Source of the DNA: Myxococcota bacterium
Lineage (GTDB): Bacteria > Myxococcota_A > UBA796 > SXON01
Assembly (NCBI GenBank): GCA_040386535.1
Contig: JAZKFH010000024.1
Location: 1 to 64,000, forward strand
Reading direction: 5' to 3'
DNA: 64,000 bases
Part shown: positions 35,854 to 45,249 of the stretch, piece by piece
Position numbering within the stretch: position 1 is the stretch's first letter
Layout of the letters: each line of letters opens with the position of its first letter
Notes under the pieces: generated by a model
What the model was told of the DNA's origin: nothing
Seen by the model: the letters and a program-made list of their open reading frames with translations, nothing else
The model's database searches: none
Position numbers and translations under genes: made by a program

Positions 35854-36430
35854 CCTTGAGCACCGACTCGACCGCGGCGTACTCGGGCTCGCTCACGGAG
35901 CCCATCCGCACGCAGCGCACGCGCTGCTCGGGATCGACGAAGAGGTGCACAGGGATGACGGCGCTGGCGTCGAGCCCGACGGAGGTGAGCCACCCGCCGA
36001 GCTGGGTGAGATCGCCGAGGCGCATGCTGGGCGGCGCGGTCGGGTGGTTGCCGCGCCACTTCGTCACGTCCTCCGCCTTCGCGTCGACCGAGAGGAACTG
36101 GAGCGTCACGTCCACGCCGGCCTTGGCGAGGCGGGCCTGCCACTGCACGAGCATCGGCATCTCCTCGACGCACGGCTCGCACCAGGTGGCCCACAGGTTG
36201 ACCCACGTCCAGCCGTTGCCCTTGGCCATCGGAGCGCCGTCGAGCGTCGGGAGCGTGAAGGTCTTCGCGGTCTCGGCGGTGGCGCGCACCTCGCAGAACT
36301 CGTCGACCGAGGTCTGCTTCACGGGCGCGGCCGGGATCGCGTCGAAGCGGGACGGGGGCGGGGCCGCGGGGGCCGAGGGCTCGCCGGAGCAGGCCACGAG
36401 CGCGAGGAGGGGCGTGAGGAGCGTGATCAT
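35846..36430 (-). CDS. TlpA-family thioredoxin-like lipoprotein
   Basis: VNLWATWCEPCVEEMP; lipobox LVAC; ATG overlaps the upstream stop. Confidence 0.9.
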   Translation of the reverse strand: MITLLTPLLALVACSGEPSAPAAPPPSRFDAIPAAPVKQTSVDEFCEVRATAETAKTFTLPTLDGAPMAKGNGWTWVNLWATWCEPCVEEMPMLVQWQARLAKAGVDVTLQFLSVDAKAEDVTKWRGNHPTAPPSMRLGDLTQLGGWLTSVGLDASAVIPVHLFVDPEQRVRCVRMGSVSEPEYAAVESVLKGG

Positions 36431-37122
36431 AGGCGGCAATCGATCCAGGCGATGAAGGCCGAGCGGTTCAGATCCTGGGGCTGGCAGGCCTCCGTGGCGC
36501 CGCTACGCTGCCAGGAGCAGAACTCCTCGTCGAGCTGCTGGACCTCCTCGCCGAGCCAGAGGAGCCCGAGCTCCTTGTCGAGGTCGGGGTCGTTGAACTT
36601 CGTCTTGAGGTGGGTGAGCACCGACTCGCCGCGCTTCTGGGAGAGGTCCCGGTTGAAGACCTCCGAGCCCTCGGGCGAGGAGCGCGCGACCACGAAGAAG
36701 TAGCTGGCGCCGCGCTGATCGGCGAACAGCTGCTCGAGGAGGGCGGCGTCCCCGGGGTCGAGCTCGGCGGACTCCTTGTCGAACTGGATGATGCCGGCGC
36801 GGTCCGCCAGTGGCGCGAACAGGGCGTTGAAGTCCCCCCCCGCCACGGTCGCGACGTTCTTCGCCTCGAGGGGCTGGCAGCCGCGCACCTCGCCGTTGGA
36901 GAGCAGGCCGCAGCTCTGGAGCACGCGGCGGAGCACCTTCTTCAGGTCGGCCGAGCAGTAGCCCTCGTCCGCGGCGGAGGCGACGGCCACGGCGGGCGCG
37001 TCGGAGGGCGCGACCTTGGACTCTTCCAGGCGGTCGCCCGCGGAGGACACCCACGACCCGGTGAGCGTGGTGGGGACGAGCAGGGCGGCGGCCGCGATTC
37101 CGAGGTGGATACCGGTGTTCAT
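36427..37122 (-). CDS. Secreted Cys-containing OmpA-C-like domain protein
   Basis: IQFDKESAEL, SSPEG...NRDLSQKRG.SV, LNRS; N-terminal hydrophobic segment. Confidence 0.75.
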   Translation of the reverse strand: MNTGIHLGIAAAALLVPTTLTGSWVSSAGDRLEESKVAPSDAPAVAVASAADEGYCSADLKKVLRRVLQSCGLLSNGEVRGCQPLEAKNVATVAGGDFNALFAPLADRAGIIQFDKESAELDPGDAALLEQLFADQRGASYFFVVARSSPEGSEVFNRDLSQKRGESVLTHLKTKFNDPDLDKELGLLWLGEEVQQLDEEFCSWQRSGATEACQPQDLNRSAFIAWIDCRL

Positions 37123-38363
37123 TGCGCAGCTCCCTTGGTCTGGTTCTCGAGCAGGCGGGTCAACGCGTACTCCATGCCGAGGTCGGTGTCCTCGTCACAG
37201 AGCTTCATGCCGTTGACGTAGAGCTGCGGCGTGAGCACCGCGAGCTGGTTGGCGACTGCCCAGCGAAGCGACTTGTTCAGCTTCGACTTCACCGCCGCGC
37301 TGCCGAGGCAGCTCTTCATCTCGGGGAAGCGCTGGAGGACCATCGCGCCGGCCGCCGCGGGATCGGCCTTGGCGGCTTCGCGGATCTCGGTCTGGTTCTC
37401 GAACGCCCAGTCCACCACCGCATCGGCCTTGCCGGGCTCCGCGCAGAGCACGGCCTCGCTGACGGTGCAGGCGCCGGGGTGCAGCGCGCTGCCGACCATC
37501 CAGTTGCAGGTGTTGTCGAGCGGGAACATGATCGCCTTGCGGGACATCTGGTCCTCGAGACCGGACGCCGCGAGGCGGGTCTCGAAGCCCTTGCACGCGG
37601 GGCAGAGCGGGTCGAACACCTCGATGGCCTCGGCGCCTTGGCCCTGCGGCCCGAGCGGCACCATCACGCCGTACGGATCCTCGGGCTTCGCGAGCGACCC
37701 GCAGGTGCCGGTGAAGCCGGAGTAGTCGGGCATGGCGATGAGGTACACGAGCACGGGGACGGCGACGAAGCCGACGCCTTGCCCGAAGGACACGCCGTGC
37801 TCGCGCAGATCGCCGATGCCGTTGTCGTTGTCCTCGCCGAGGATGCCGATCTCGGAGCCGAGCCCCGGCTGACCGCTCGCGCGCAGCTCGAGCAGCGCGG
37901 CGACGAAGCACACGAGGCTGGAGACGTAGATGCCGATGCAGAGCTTGCAGGCGGCATCGAGCTCGACGAGGGAGAGGTACCCGAACACCAGCGACGTGAG
38001 CAGCGGGAGCGCGGCGGCGGCCACGAGGAAGATGCGCGGGCCCTGCTCGTCGGAGCGGCGGTTGACCAAGAGGTCGAGGCCACGGAAGAGGAGGAACGCG
38101 AAGACCGACATCGCGGGCAGCGAGACGGGGAGCCCGCCCCAGAGAATGCCGCGGAACACGGACGAGTACGGGCTCATCATCGTGGTGTGGCAGCCCGAGG
38201 CGCCGCTGGCGTCGGGGTTGTCGAGGCCGGGGATGAACGAGCAGTGGATGCTGTGGACCTGCCGGTCCAGGTGCTCGACGAAATCGTGCGTGGAGAAGCC
38301 GGCGAAGAACAGCCCGGCGGCGGCGGCCACGACGAACAGAATGGTGTAGGGCGAAAAGCGCAT
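37119..38363 (-). CDS. Vitamin K epoxide reductase (VKOR) fused to a DsbA-like domain
   Basis: Loop Cys pair (HCSF...GCH), SPYS, TM CKLC; C-terminal DPLCPAC, FPLDNTCN...HPGAC, TP.LYVNG. Confidence 0.9.
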   Translation of the reverse strand: MRFSPYTILFVVAAAAGLFFAGFSTHDFVEHLDRQVHSIHCSFIPGLDNPDASGASGCHTTMMSPYSSVFRGILWGGLPVSLPAMSVFAFLLFRGLDLLVNRRSDEQGPRIFLVAAAALPLLTSLVFGYLSLVELDAACKLCIGIYVSSLVCFVAALLELRASGQPGLGSEIGILGEDNDNGIGDLREHGVSFGQGVGFVAVPVLVYLIAMPDYSGFTGTCGSLAKPEDPYGVMVPLGPQGQGAEAIEVFDPLCPACKGFETRLAASGLEDQMSRKAIMFPLDNTCNWMVGSALHPGACTVSEAVLCAEPGKADAVVDWAFENQTEIREAAKADPAAAGAMVLQRFPEMKSCLGSAAVKSKLNKSLRWAVANQLAVLTPQLYVNGMKLCDEDTDLGMEYALTRLLENQTKGAAQ

Positions 38364-38469
38364 GGAGGGGAGCCCCTTGAGGGGCCGTATGAACCCGTTC
38401 TGGCGCGCTGTCAAGAGCTGGCTCGTGTTCGAGTTGTGCGATGATCCCGTAAATGCCCCCGGAGACGAG

Positions 38470-39798
38470 ATGTCTTGCGCCCTGCCCGTCCTCTTGCTTC
38501 TCGCCGCCTGCGCGGCCGATCCCTCGGCGGACGGCACGGTGCGGACCGCGCCCCGCGGCGACGATCGCGGCGCGGACGACACGGGCGAGGCCGATTCGGA
38601 CACCGACACCGACACCGACACCGACACGGACACGGACACCGATTCCGACACGGACACCGACACCGACACGGACACCGACACCGACACGGACACGGTGACG
38701 GGCTGCACGGCGCTCGGCCCGGCCCGCGCGCGCTGCGGGCTCGCGACCGCGGCGGACTGGGCATCCGGGGACAGCGCCGGGGTCACCGTCGCCGACGACG
38801 TGCGCCTCGCCGCCACCGGGCTCACGTCGGGCACCGACACGACCGGCGCGTACAACGGCGGGACCTACTTCTACGGCTCGATCACCTCCGACGCGCTCGT
38901 GCCCGGGCTCGCCTTCGACGGCATCGTGCCCTCGTGGAACGCCACCACCCCCGCCGGGACGTGGATCTCCATCCAGGTGCAGGCGCGCGTGGGCGGCACG
39001 TGGACCGGCTGGTACCGCCTCGGCGTGTGGGCCTCGGGCGACACGGACGTGGCCCGCCACTCCTTCGACAACGAGGACGACGCGTACGGCGAGGTGTGGA
39101 CCGACACCGTGCTGCTCGAGTCCCCCGCCGACGCCGTGCGCATCCGCGCCACGTTGTTCTCGGAGGACGGGGTGGCCTCCCCCACCCTGACCCGCCTCGC
39201 CGTCGCGCTGGCCGACACGAGCGCCGGGCGCGGCGCCGACGCCGGCGGCCTCGCCTGGGGCACGCGCCTCGACGTACCGGCGCGCTCCCAGATGGTGTTC
39301 GACGAGGGCGAGGCGTGGTGCAGCCCCACCTCGGTGTCCATGCTCCTCGCGTGGTGGGCCGACCAGACGGGGGTGGCCCGCTACGACGTGTCCGTGCCCG
39401 AGGCCGCGGACGGCACCTGGGACTCCACGTACGGCGGCAACGGCAACTGGCCGTTCAATGTCGCTTATGCCGCCTCGCTCGGCCTCGACGGCGAGGTCGC
39501 CTGGTTCGACTCCATCGACGATCTCGAGCCCTGGATCGCCGCGGGCTCGCCGGTCGCCATCTCCGCGGCATGGGACCCCGGCGACATCGACGACGCGCCC
39601 ATCTCGTCCACGGCGGGGCACCTGCTCGTCGTCACCGGCTTCACCAGCGACGGGGACGTGTACGTGAACGATCCGGCGTCCGCCTCGGACGCGACGGTGT
39701 CGCGCACCTACGATCGCCGCCAGATCGAGGCCGCGTGGCTCGGCGGGTCGGACGGGGTGGCGTACGTGTTGTGGGACGGGGCGCGGCCGGGGCCGTAG
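38470..39798 (+). CDS. Peptidase C39-like lipoprotein with (DT)n linker
   Basis: Lipobox LAAC; SQ...CSPTSVSM, GNWPFN.AYA, GHLLVVTGF, VNDPA. Confidence 0.88.
   Translation: MSCALPVLLLLAACAADPSADGTVRTAPRGDDRGADDTGEADSDTDTDTDTDTDTDTDSDTDTDTDTDTDTDTDTVTGCTALGPARARCGLATAADWASGDSAGVTVADDVRLAATGLTSGTDTTGAYNGGTYFYGSITSDALVPGLAFDGIVPSWNATTPAGTWISIQVQARVGGTWTGWYRLGVWASGDTDVARHSFDNEDDAYGEVWTDTVLLESPADAVRIRATLFSEDGVASPTLTRLAVALADTSAGRGADAGGLAWGTRLDVPARSQMVFDEGEAWCSPTSVSMLLAWWADQTGVARYDVSVPEAADGTWDSTYGGNGNWPFNVAYAASLGLDGEVAWFDSIDDLEPWIAAGSPVAISAAWDPGDIDDAPISSTAGHLLVVTGFTSDGDVYVNDPASASDATVSRTYDRRQIEAAWLGGSDGVAYVLWDGARPGP
38593..38694 (+). repeat. Hexamer GACAC(C/G) coding repeat encoding (DT)n
   Basis: Directly visible. 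Confidence 0.9.
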
Positions 39799-39819
39799 CG
39801 GCACGTGCATCCGGGCGTT

Positions 39820-39836
39820 GCGGGGCGGAGCCCCGC
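39820..39836. terminator. GC-rich hairpin between convergent genes (GGGGCGGAGCCCC-type palindrome)
   Basis: GCGGGGC-GGA-GCCCCGC. Confidence 0.45.
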
Positions 39837-39853
39837 CCCAAGAGCGTCGTGAC

Positions 39854-40684
39854 CTACAACCCCGCCGCGTCGAACCGGCGCGGCGTGATCCCCGACGCCT
39901 TCTGGAGCGGCAGCGGATCGACCGTGTCGTTGGTCGCGAACGTCGCGAGCGTGTCGGAGGAGAAGTTCTTCAGGAACCGGCCCCCGATCTTCGCCAGCAC
40001 CTCGGGGACCTCGACGATGCGGGCCTTCTTGCGGCCCGACGCGGCGGCGATGCGCTCGATGATCTCGCGCACGGTGATCGCCTCGGGCCCGCCCGCGTCG
40101 TAGGCGGCGTTCCACACGCCGCGGTCGAGCAGCGCGAGGATGGCGCCGTTGAAGTCGTCCACGTGGACCGGCTGGCGGAGCACCTCGGCCGAGCCGGGCA
40201 CGGGCACGAACGGGGCGCGGCGGACGAGGTTCGCGAGGGTGGCGAAGCTCTCGACGTGCGTCGGCTTGTGCGTGGCGTGCGGGGGGCCCCAGGGCGCGCA
40301 CGGGCGCACGATCAGCCACGGCTTGTCCGACGCCATGACGCGGGCCTCGTCCTCCACGCGCGAGTCGGCATACGCGTTCTTGCGCGGCCAGTGCACCATC
40401 GTGCTCGAGGCGTACACCAGCGGAAAGCCCCACTCGAGCACCGCGTCGAGCATCTTGCGGTTCTGCTCGCGCGCGTCGGGCGCCATGACCTTGGCGGCGA
40501 GGTGCACCACGACGTCGACCTTCGCGGGCGAGAACGAGGTGATGTCCGCGGTGACGGACTTCACGTTGTCGACCATCATCGGCGTGTTGCGCCAGAGCCC
40601 GAGCACGTCGTGGCCCTTGGCCGCGGCCAGCGAACAGAAGTGCACCCCGACGAACGAGGAGGCGCCGGTGACCAGGATCCTCAA
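39854..40684 (-). CDS. NAD-dependent epimerase/dehydratase (extended/atypical SDR)
   Basis: ILVTGASSFVG, VVHLAA, YASS, QPVHVDD. TTG start overlaps the upstream stop. Confidence 0.85.
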   Translation of the reverse strand: MRILVTGASSFVGVHFCSLAAAKGHDVLGLWRNTPMMVDNVKSVTADITSFSPAKVDVVVHLAAKVMAPDAREQNRKMLDAVLEWGFPLVYASSTMVHWPRKNAYADSRVEDEARVMASDKPWLIVRPCAPWGPPHATHKPTHVESFATLANLVRRAPFVPVPGSAEVLRQPVHVDDFNGAILALLDRGVWNAAYDAGGPEAITVREIIERIAAASGRKKARIVEVPEVLAKIGGRFLKNFSSDTLATFATNDTVDPLPLQKASGITPRRFDAAGL

Positions 40685-41124
40685 GATTGACCTCGAATGG
40701 CGATGAGTACGGCGACGCCGGGGCCGAAGCGGTGCAGGTCGGGCAGGAACCCCGCGGCGCGGGACCAGGCCTCGATGGTGGCGGTGGTCTGGACGTGCTC
40801 CAACGCGTCGCCGAACTGCTCGGGCGCGTCGATGTCGGCGGGCGGGAACGACCACATCACGTCGCCGACGACGAGCAGGCCGCGGGGCGGAAGCAGGCGG
40901 GCGGCGGTCTGGATGAGGGCGCGTTGCGCGGCGGGCTGCAGCCGGCGGAGAGCGCCGTGGAGACAGATGATCGAGAGCCCGGCCGGCGGGTCGACCAGGG
41001 CGTCGCGACGCACGAGGGTGTGCACGCGGGGGGCGAGCTCCGCAGCCACGGCGTTATCGCCGATGTAGAGGACGATGTCCTCGGGCGTGGCGGAGCACGC
41101 CTCGACCACCACCCGCGCCGTCAC
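40681..41124 (-). CDS. Small degenerate class I methyltransferase-like protein
   Basis: ALRRL....QRALI..AARLL.P.GLLVVGDV resembles the MTase C-terminal half; motif I is degenerate. GTG overlaps the upstream stop. Confidence 0.65.
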   Translation of the reverse strand: MTARVVVEACSATPEDIVLYIGDNAVAAELAPRVHTLVRRDALVDPPAGLSIICLHGALRRLQPAAQRALIQTAARLLPPRGLLVVGDVMWSFPPADIDAPEQFGDALEHVQTTATIEAWSRAAGFLPDLHRFGPGVAVLIAIRGQS

Positions 41125-41798
41125 TCCTGCCCAGTCCACGCGGCCTCCGTCGGTTCGATTGGTGGCGTGCGGCACAGACGGTACACCGGGAGCCCGTCTC
41201 GCGCGCACACCCGCTCGCGGCGCGACAACACCGGGCCCATCGGCGGCATCGGCGCGTCGGCCCACCCCTCCAACAGGGCCGCGGCGTGGTCGTGGAGCCC
41301 CGCCACGTCCGTCGCGAGGTAGACGGCGCCCTTCGGCGCGAGCACGCGGCGCACGGCGGCCACGAAGGTGGGCGTCAGGAGGAGGTGGCGCGGGTTGTCG
41401 GTGGGCGTCGGAAAGAGGATGTAGACCCAGGCCACGCTCGCGGGCGGGAGCACCGCGGTGAACACCGTCCGTGCGTCGGCGCGCCACAACAGACAATTCG
41501 GCGGCGCGTGCGGGGCGGCGGCGGCCACGCGGCGCTTGCGGATCTCGAGGCCGAGCCACCGGGTGTCGGGCCAGCGGCGGGCGTGGTCGAGGATGCGCAT
41601 GCCGTGATCGAAGCCGATCTCGACCGCGAGCGGCCCCGCCACCATCCCCTCTCCGGAGACGAAGGCGTCGACCCGCGCGCGGACCTCGGCGTGGCGCGGC
41701 TGGTCGTAGAGCGCGGTGCCGCCGAGCACGCCGCGGAGCTGCCCGTCGGCGGAGGGCGCGAGCGCGGCGGGCGGGGTCCAGTCGGGAGGAGGCTTCAT
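41121..41798 (-). CDS. tRNA (guanine-N7)-methyltransferase TrmB-like protein
   Basis: VEIGFDHG, WLGLEIRK, ADAR, YILFPTP, LATD. Confidence 0.75.
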   Translation of the reverse strand: MKPPPDWTPPAALAPSADGQLRGVLGGTALYDQPRHAEVRARVDAFVSGEGMVAGPLAVEIGFDHGMRILDHARRWPDTRWLGLEIRKRRVAAAAPHAPPNCLLWRADARTVFTAVLPPASVAWVYILFPTPTDNPRHLLLTPTFVAAVRRVLAPKGAVYLATDVAGLHDHAAALLEGWADAPMPPMGPVLSRRERVCARDGLPVYRLCRTPPIEPTEAAWTGQE

Positions 41799-41830
41799 TC
41801 GGGTGCGCCCCCGGATACTCTCCCCGGCGC

Positions 41831-42142
41831 GTGAAAGCCATCTTCGCCCTCGTCTCCGGCACGTCGCTCGTGAGCACCTTCGCCGCCGGGCTCCTCGGCG
41901 CCGTCACCATGATGGCGGTGGGGCCCTGGCTCGCGATGGGCGCGCAGATGTACGCGGGCAACACCGAGCCGTCGCACCCCCACCTCGCGTGGCCCGTCGC
42001 GCTCACGTTCGCGGGGCTGATGTTGCCGGTGCCCTGGATGTACCGCAAACAGTGGGGCGTCGCGTCGGTCGCGGCCATCCCGTTCGCGCTCCTGCCGTTC
42101 TGGCAGTTGTACCGGTTGTACGTGCTCGCGGGGGTGCCCTGA
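41831..42142 (+). CDS. Small membrane protein (about 3 TM)
   Basis: Three hydrophobic segments; GTG start at 41831. Confidence 0.7.
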   Translation: MKAIFALVSGTSLVSTFAAGLLGAVTMMAVGPWLAMGAQMYAGNTEPSHPHLAWPVALTFAGLMLPVPWMYRKQWGVASVAAIPFALLPFWQLYRLYVLAGVP

Positions 42143-42179
42143 CGCGAGCGCGACGATACGCGGCGTCCGGAGTGAACCC

Positions 42180-42839
42180 ATGACCCTTCGCCTCGTCTTC
42201 TTCCTCGGCCTCGGCTTCTCCCTCGCGTGCGCGGCCGCGCCGAAAGATGGTGCCGAAGGCACCACCGCCGGGGACTGCGGCGACGAGGCCGACAACGACG
42301 GCAACGGTGACTTCGACTGTGACGATGCGGGGTGTGCGGCGTCGCCGGCGTGTGCGGAGGGGGATGCCGATACCGATGCGGATTCGGATGCGGACTCGGA
42401 TGCCGACACCGACTCCGACACCGATGCCGACGTGGACTTCGCGCTCCTGGACTGGACGGCCGAGTGCAGCGACGACGAATGCATCTACGGCATGACAACC
42501 TCAGGCCCCGCGGACTCCCTGGAGCTCTGGATCGCGGAGACGGGGGACCCCTCGAGCTCCCGCTGGGTGGAGACGCACGACGCCTTCGCGCTGGTCGACA
42601 CGAACGCGGACGGCTCGGAGACCTACGAGCTTCTTCTCCGGTGGACGACAAACTACGCGGATCAGGTGGAGAACCGGAGCACGCTGCTCAACCCGGCGGT
42701 CCTCGAAGGCGCCTATCCCTCCTGGAGCGACGGCCTCACCTGGAGCTTCGAGGCGACGGGCCGCGGCGGAGACTTCGACTGCGTGGCCACGGGTCACGAT
42801 CCGGCCTACTTCAGCGACCGGTGCAGAACCGTCGAGTGA
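42180..42839 (+). CDS. Lipoprotein with Ca-binding-like DNDGNG.DCDD.GC motif and (DA/DS/DT)n linker
   Basis: Lipobox SLAC; DNDGNGDFDCDDAGC; Asp-rich linker. Confidence 0.8.
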   Translation: MTLRLVFFLGLGFSLACAAAPKDGAEGTTAGDCGDEADNDGNGDFDCDDAGCAASPACAEGDADTDADSDADSDADTDSDTDADVDFALLDWTAECSDDECIYGMTTSGPADSLELWIAETGDPSSSRWVETHDAFALVDTNADGSETYELLLRWTTNYADQVENRSTLLNPAVLEGAYPSWSDGLTWSFEATGRGGDFDCVATGHDPAYFSDRCRTVE

Positions 42840-42858
42840 CCGCGCCGCCGAGACCCCC

Positions 42859-44127
42859 GTGACCCTCCCCGCCCCCGCCGACTCCCTCCTCTTCTCCCCC
42901 CTCCGCCTCAACGGCACGACCGTGGCGAACCGCGTGTGGCTGCCAGCCATGGTCACGTGGCTCTCCAACGACGCGGGCGAGGTCACCGAGGACGTGCGGC
43001 GGCGCTACGTCCGCTACGCGAAGGGCGGCGCGGGGATGATCGTGCTCGAGGCGATGGGCATCCGCGACGTCGCGAGTGGTCCGCTGCTCCGCATCGGGCA
43101 TGACCGCTATCTCCCCGCGCTACGGGACCTAGCCACCGAGATCCACGACGCGGGCGACGTGCGTGTCATCCCGCAGATCATCGATTTTCTCAAGATCGCC
43201 CGTCGCGACCCGGCGCGCGCGTTGGCCCGGCTGGAGGGCCGCTACCCCGGCTGCGCGACGTGGACCGAGGACGAGCTGCGTGAGCGCCTCACCCCCCGCG
43301 AGTGGCGGGACTACGCCTCCGGCTATCGCCAGCAGGTCGAGGACCTCGGGCTGGACGAGATCCGATCGCTCCCCGTTCTGTTCGCCGCCGCCGCCCGGCG
43401 CGCGCGCCTCGCCGGGTTCGACGGCGTGGAGCTGCACTTCGCGCACGCCTACACGATGGCGAGCTTCCTCTCGCGCACCAACGCGCGGACCGACGACTAC
43501 GGCGGCTCGCTGGAGAACCGCGCGCGGCTCGCGCTCGAGGTCATCGCGGCGGTGCGGCGCGAGGTCGGCGCGGACTTCACGGTCGGGTGTCGTTTCCTCG
43601 GCTCCGAGGACGTGGAAGGCGGCAGCGAGGTGGACGACGCCGCCTGGTTCGCCGTGCGGTTCGCCGAGGCGGGCCTCGACGTGCTCTCGGTGAGCCGCGG
43701 CGGCCGCTTCGAGGACGCGAAGCGCCCGCCCGTCGGCGAGGCGGCCTACCCCTACACGGGGCACTCCGGCCTGATGTGCATGCCGACGAAACACTACGCC
43801 GAGGGCTACAATCTGCACCTCCCGACGGCGATCCGCGCGGCCGTGCGCGCCGCCGGGTTCTCCACCCCGGTGGTCGGCGCCGGGCGCATCGACACCTACG
43901 AGCTCGCCGAGGGCGCGCTGCAAGGCGGCGCCTGCGATCTCGTGGGGATCGCGCGGGGCCTGCTCGCCGACCCCGACTGGCCGCGCAAGGTGCGCGAGGG
44001 CCTGCCCTTCCACGCGTGCAAGTACACCAACGTTTGCGAGGCGCTCGACCGCAAGCACATGGCGGTGCGGTGTCAGCTGTGGATGAAGCGGCCCGACGGG
44101 GGTTTGCATCCGCCAGAGGACTGGTAG
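42859..44127 (+). CDS. NADH:flavin oxidoreductase (Old Yellow Enzyme family)
   Basis: AGFDGVELHFAHAY, FLS..N.R.D.YGGSLENRAR, ARGLLADPDW. Confidence 0.92.
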   Translation: MTLPAPADSLLFSPLRLNGTTVANRVWLPAMVTWLSNDAGEVTEDVRRRYVRYAKGGAGMIVLEAMGIRDVASGPLLRIGHDRYLPALRDLATEIHDAGDVRVIPQIIDFLKIARRDPARALARLEGRYPGCATWTEDELRERLTPREWRDYASGYRQQVEDLGLDEIRSLPVLFAAAARRARLAGFDGVELHFAHAYTMASFLSRTNARTDDYGGSLENRARLALEVIAAVRREVGADFTVGCRFLGSEDVEGGSEVDDAAWFAVRFAEAGLDVLSVSRGGRFEDAKRPPVGEAAYPYTGHSGLMCMPTKHYAEGYNLHLPTAIRAAVRAAGFSTPVVGAGRIDTYELAEGALQGGACDLVGIARGLLADPDWPRKVREGLPFHACKYTNVCEALDRKHMAVRCQLWMKRPDGGLHPPEDW

Positions 44128-45249
44128 ATGGAGTGGGGGCAGGCGGTAGCCGACGACGTGGGGCCCCGGTTCGGCGGGGCGGACCTCGCGGGCCCGGACG
44201 ACCTCGCGGCGCTGTTCGAGGGCGCGGAGCTCGCGGTCGAGGACGACGACGAGATCGACGCCTTCGGGCCGCTCCGGGTCCTGCACGGCTGGGTCGGCCC
44301 GTCGGGACCGGGCGCGGCGCTCGCCTTTCCCCTCCGCACCGATCTGGACCCCGAGATCGGCGGCATCGAGCTGCGCCCGCGAGATGACGGCCGCTATGTG
44401 CGTAGCGCGCTGCCCGGCCTCCGGGACCGCCACGGCGATCTCACCGTGTCCATCGGCCTCCCCGAGCACGTGCGCGGCGAGGAGCGCCTCGTGTACGCCC
44501 TGCTCCCGTACGCCGCGCTCCCCCGCCGCCTGGGCGACGAGCTCTCCCTCCAGGCGTGGCTGGTGGAGGACGGCGAGCCCATCGAGGAGGCGATCTGGCC
44601 GCTGGTGTTGCCCGATCCGGGCGTGCGGCGCCTCGACAACGCGCTCGCCGCGGTGATCGCCGCCGCCGTGTCGGCCGAGGCCGCGAGCGGGGCGCGCGCC
44701 GGCCCCTCCGCCTTGATGAGCGCGGGCCGCGTGGACCGCCTCGACGACGAGGTCGCGCGCCTGTTCCGGCTCGACAAGGACGGCCGCGCGGTCGCCGCGG
44801 AGCTCGCCCGCGCCGTCGGCGCCGAGGCCGATCGGATGGTCGCGGCCCGCCTGCGCGCGCGCGTCGCCCCCGAGGGGTTGCCCCGCGTGTTCGCGCTGCT
44901 CTACGGCCTCGCGAGCGGCGCGGGCACCGCGGCCCCGGCCGAAGAGGCCTGGATCGCCGCGCTCGCCGCCCGCCTCGGCATGAAGGGCGGCGACGGCCCG
45001 CGCCAGAAGCGCGGCGGCTCCCGCCCGTCCCGTGCCGGCCCCTCCCCCGCGACCGCCGCCCATCTTCAGACGCTCGATCTCACCGCGACCGCCACCTGGG
45101 ACGAGGTGCGGGCGGCCTACCGTCGCGCGGCCCAGGTGCACCACCCGGACCGCGCCACGCCGCACGAGCAGGCCGCGGCGAACGAGCGCATGAAGACGAT
45201 CAACGCGGCCTACGCGGCGCTCAAACGTGGCATGGGACGCGGGCGCTAG
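44128..45249 (+). CDS. J-domain protein with TerB-like middle region
   Basis: C-terminal L.L...A.W.EVR.AYRR.A..HHPDR...INAAY. Confidence 0.85.
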   Translation: MEWGQAVADDVGPRFGGADLAGPDDLAALFEGAELAVEDDDEIDAFGPLRVLHGWVGPSGPGAALAFPLRTDLDPEIGGIELRPRDDGRYVRSALPGLRDRHGDLTVSIGLPEHVRGEERLVYALLPYAALPRRLGDELSLQAWLVEDGEPIEEAIWPLVLPDPGVRRLDNALAAVIAAAVSAEAASGARAGPSALMSAGRVDRLDDEVARLFRLDKDGRAVAAELARAVGAEADRMVAARLRARVAPEGLPRVFALLYGLASGAGTAAPAEEAWIAALAARLGMKGGDGPRQKRGGSRPSRAGPSPATAAHLQTLDLTATATWDEVRAAYRRAAQVHHPDRATPHEQAAANERMKTINAAYAALKRGMGRGR

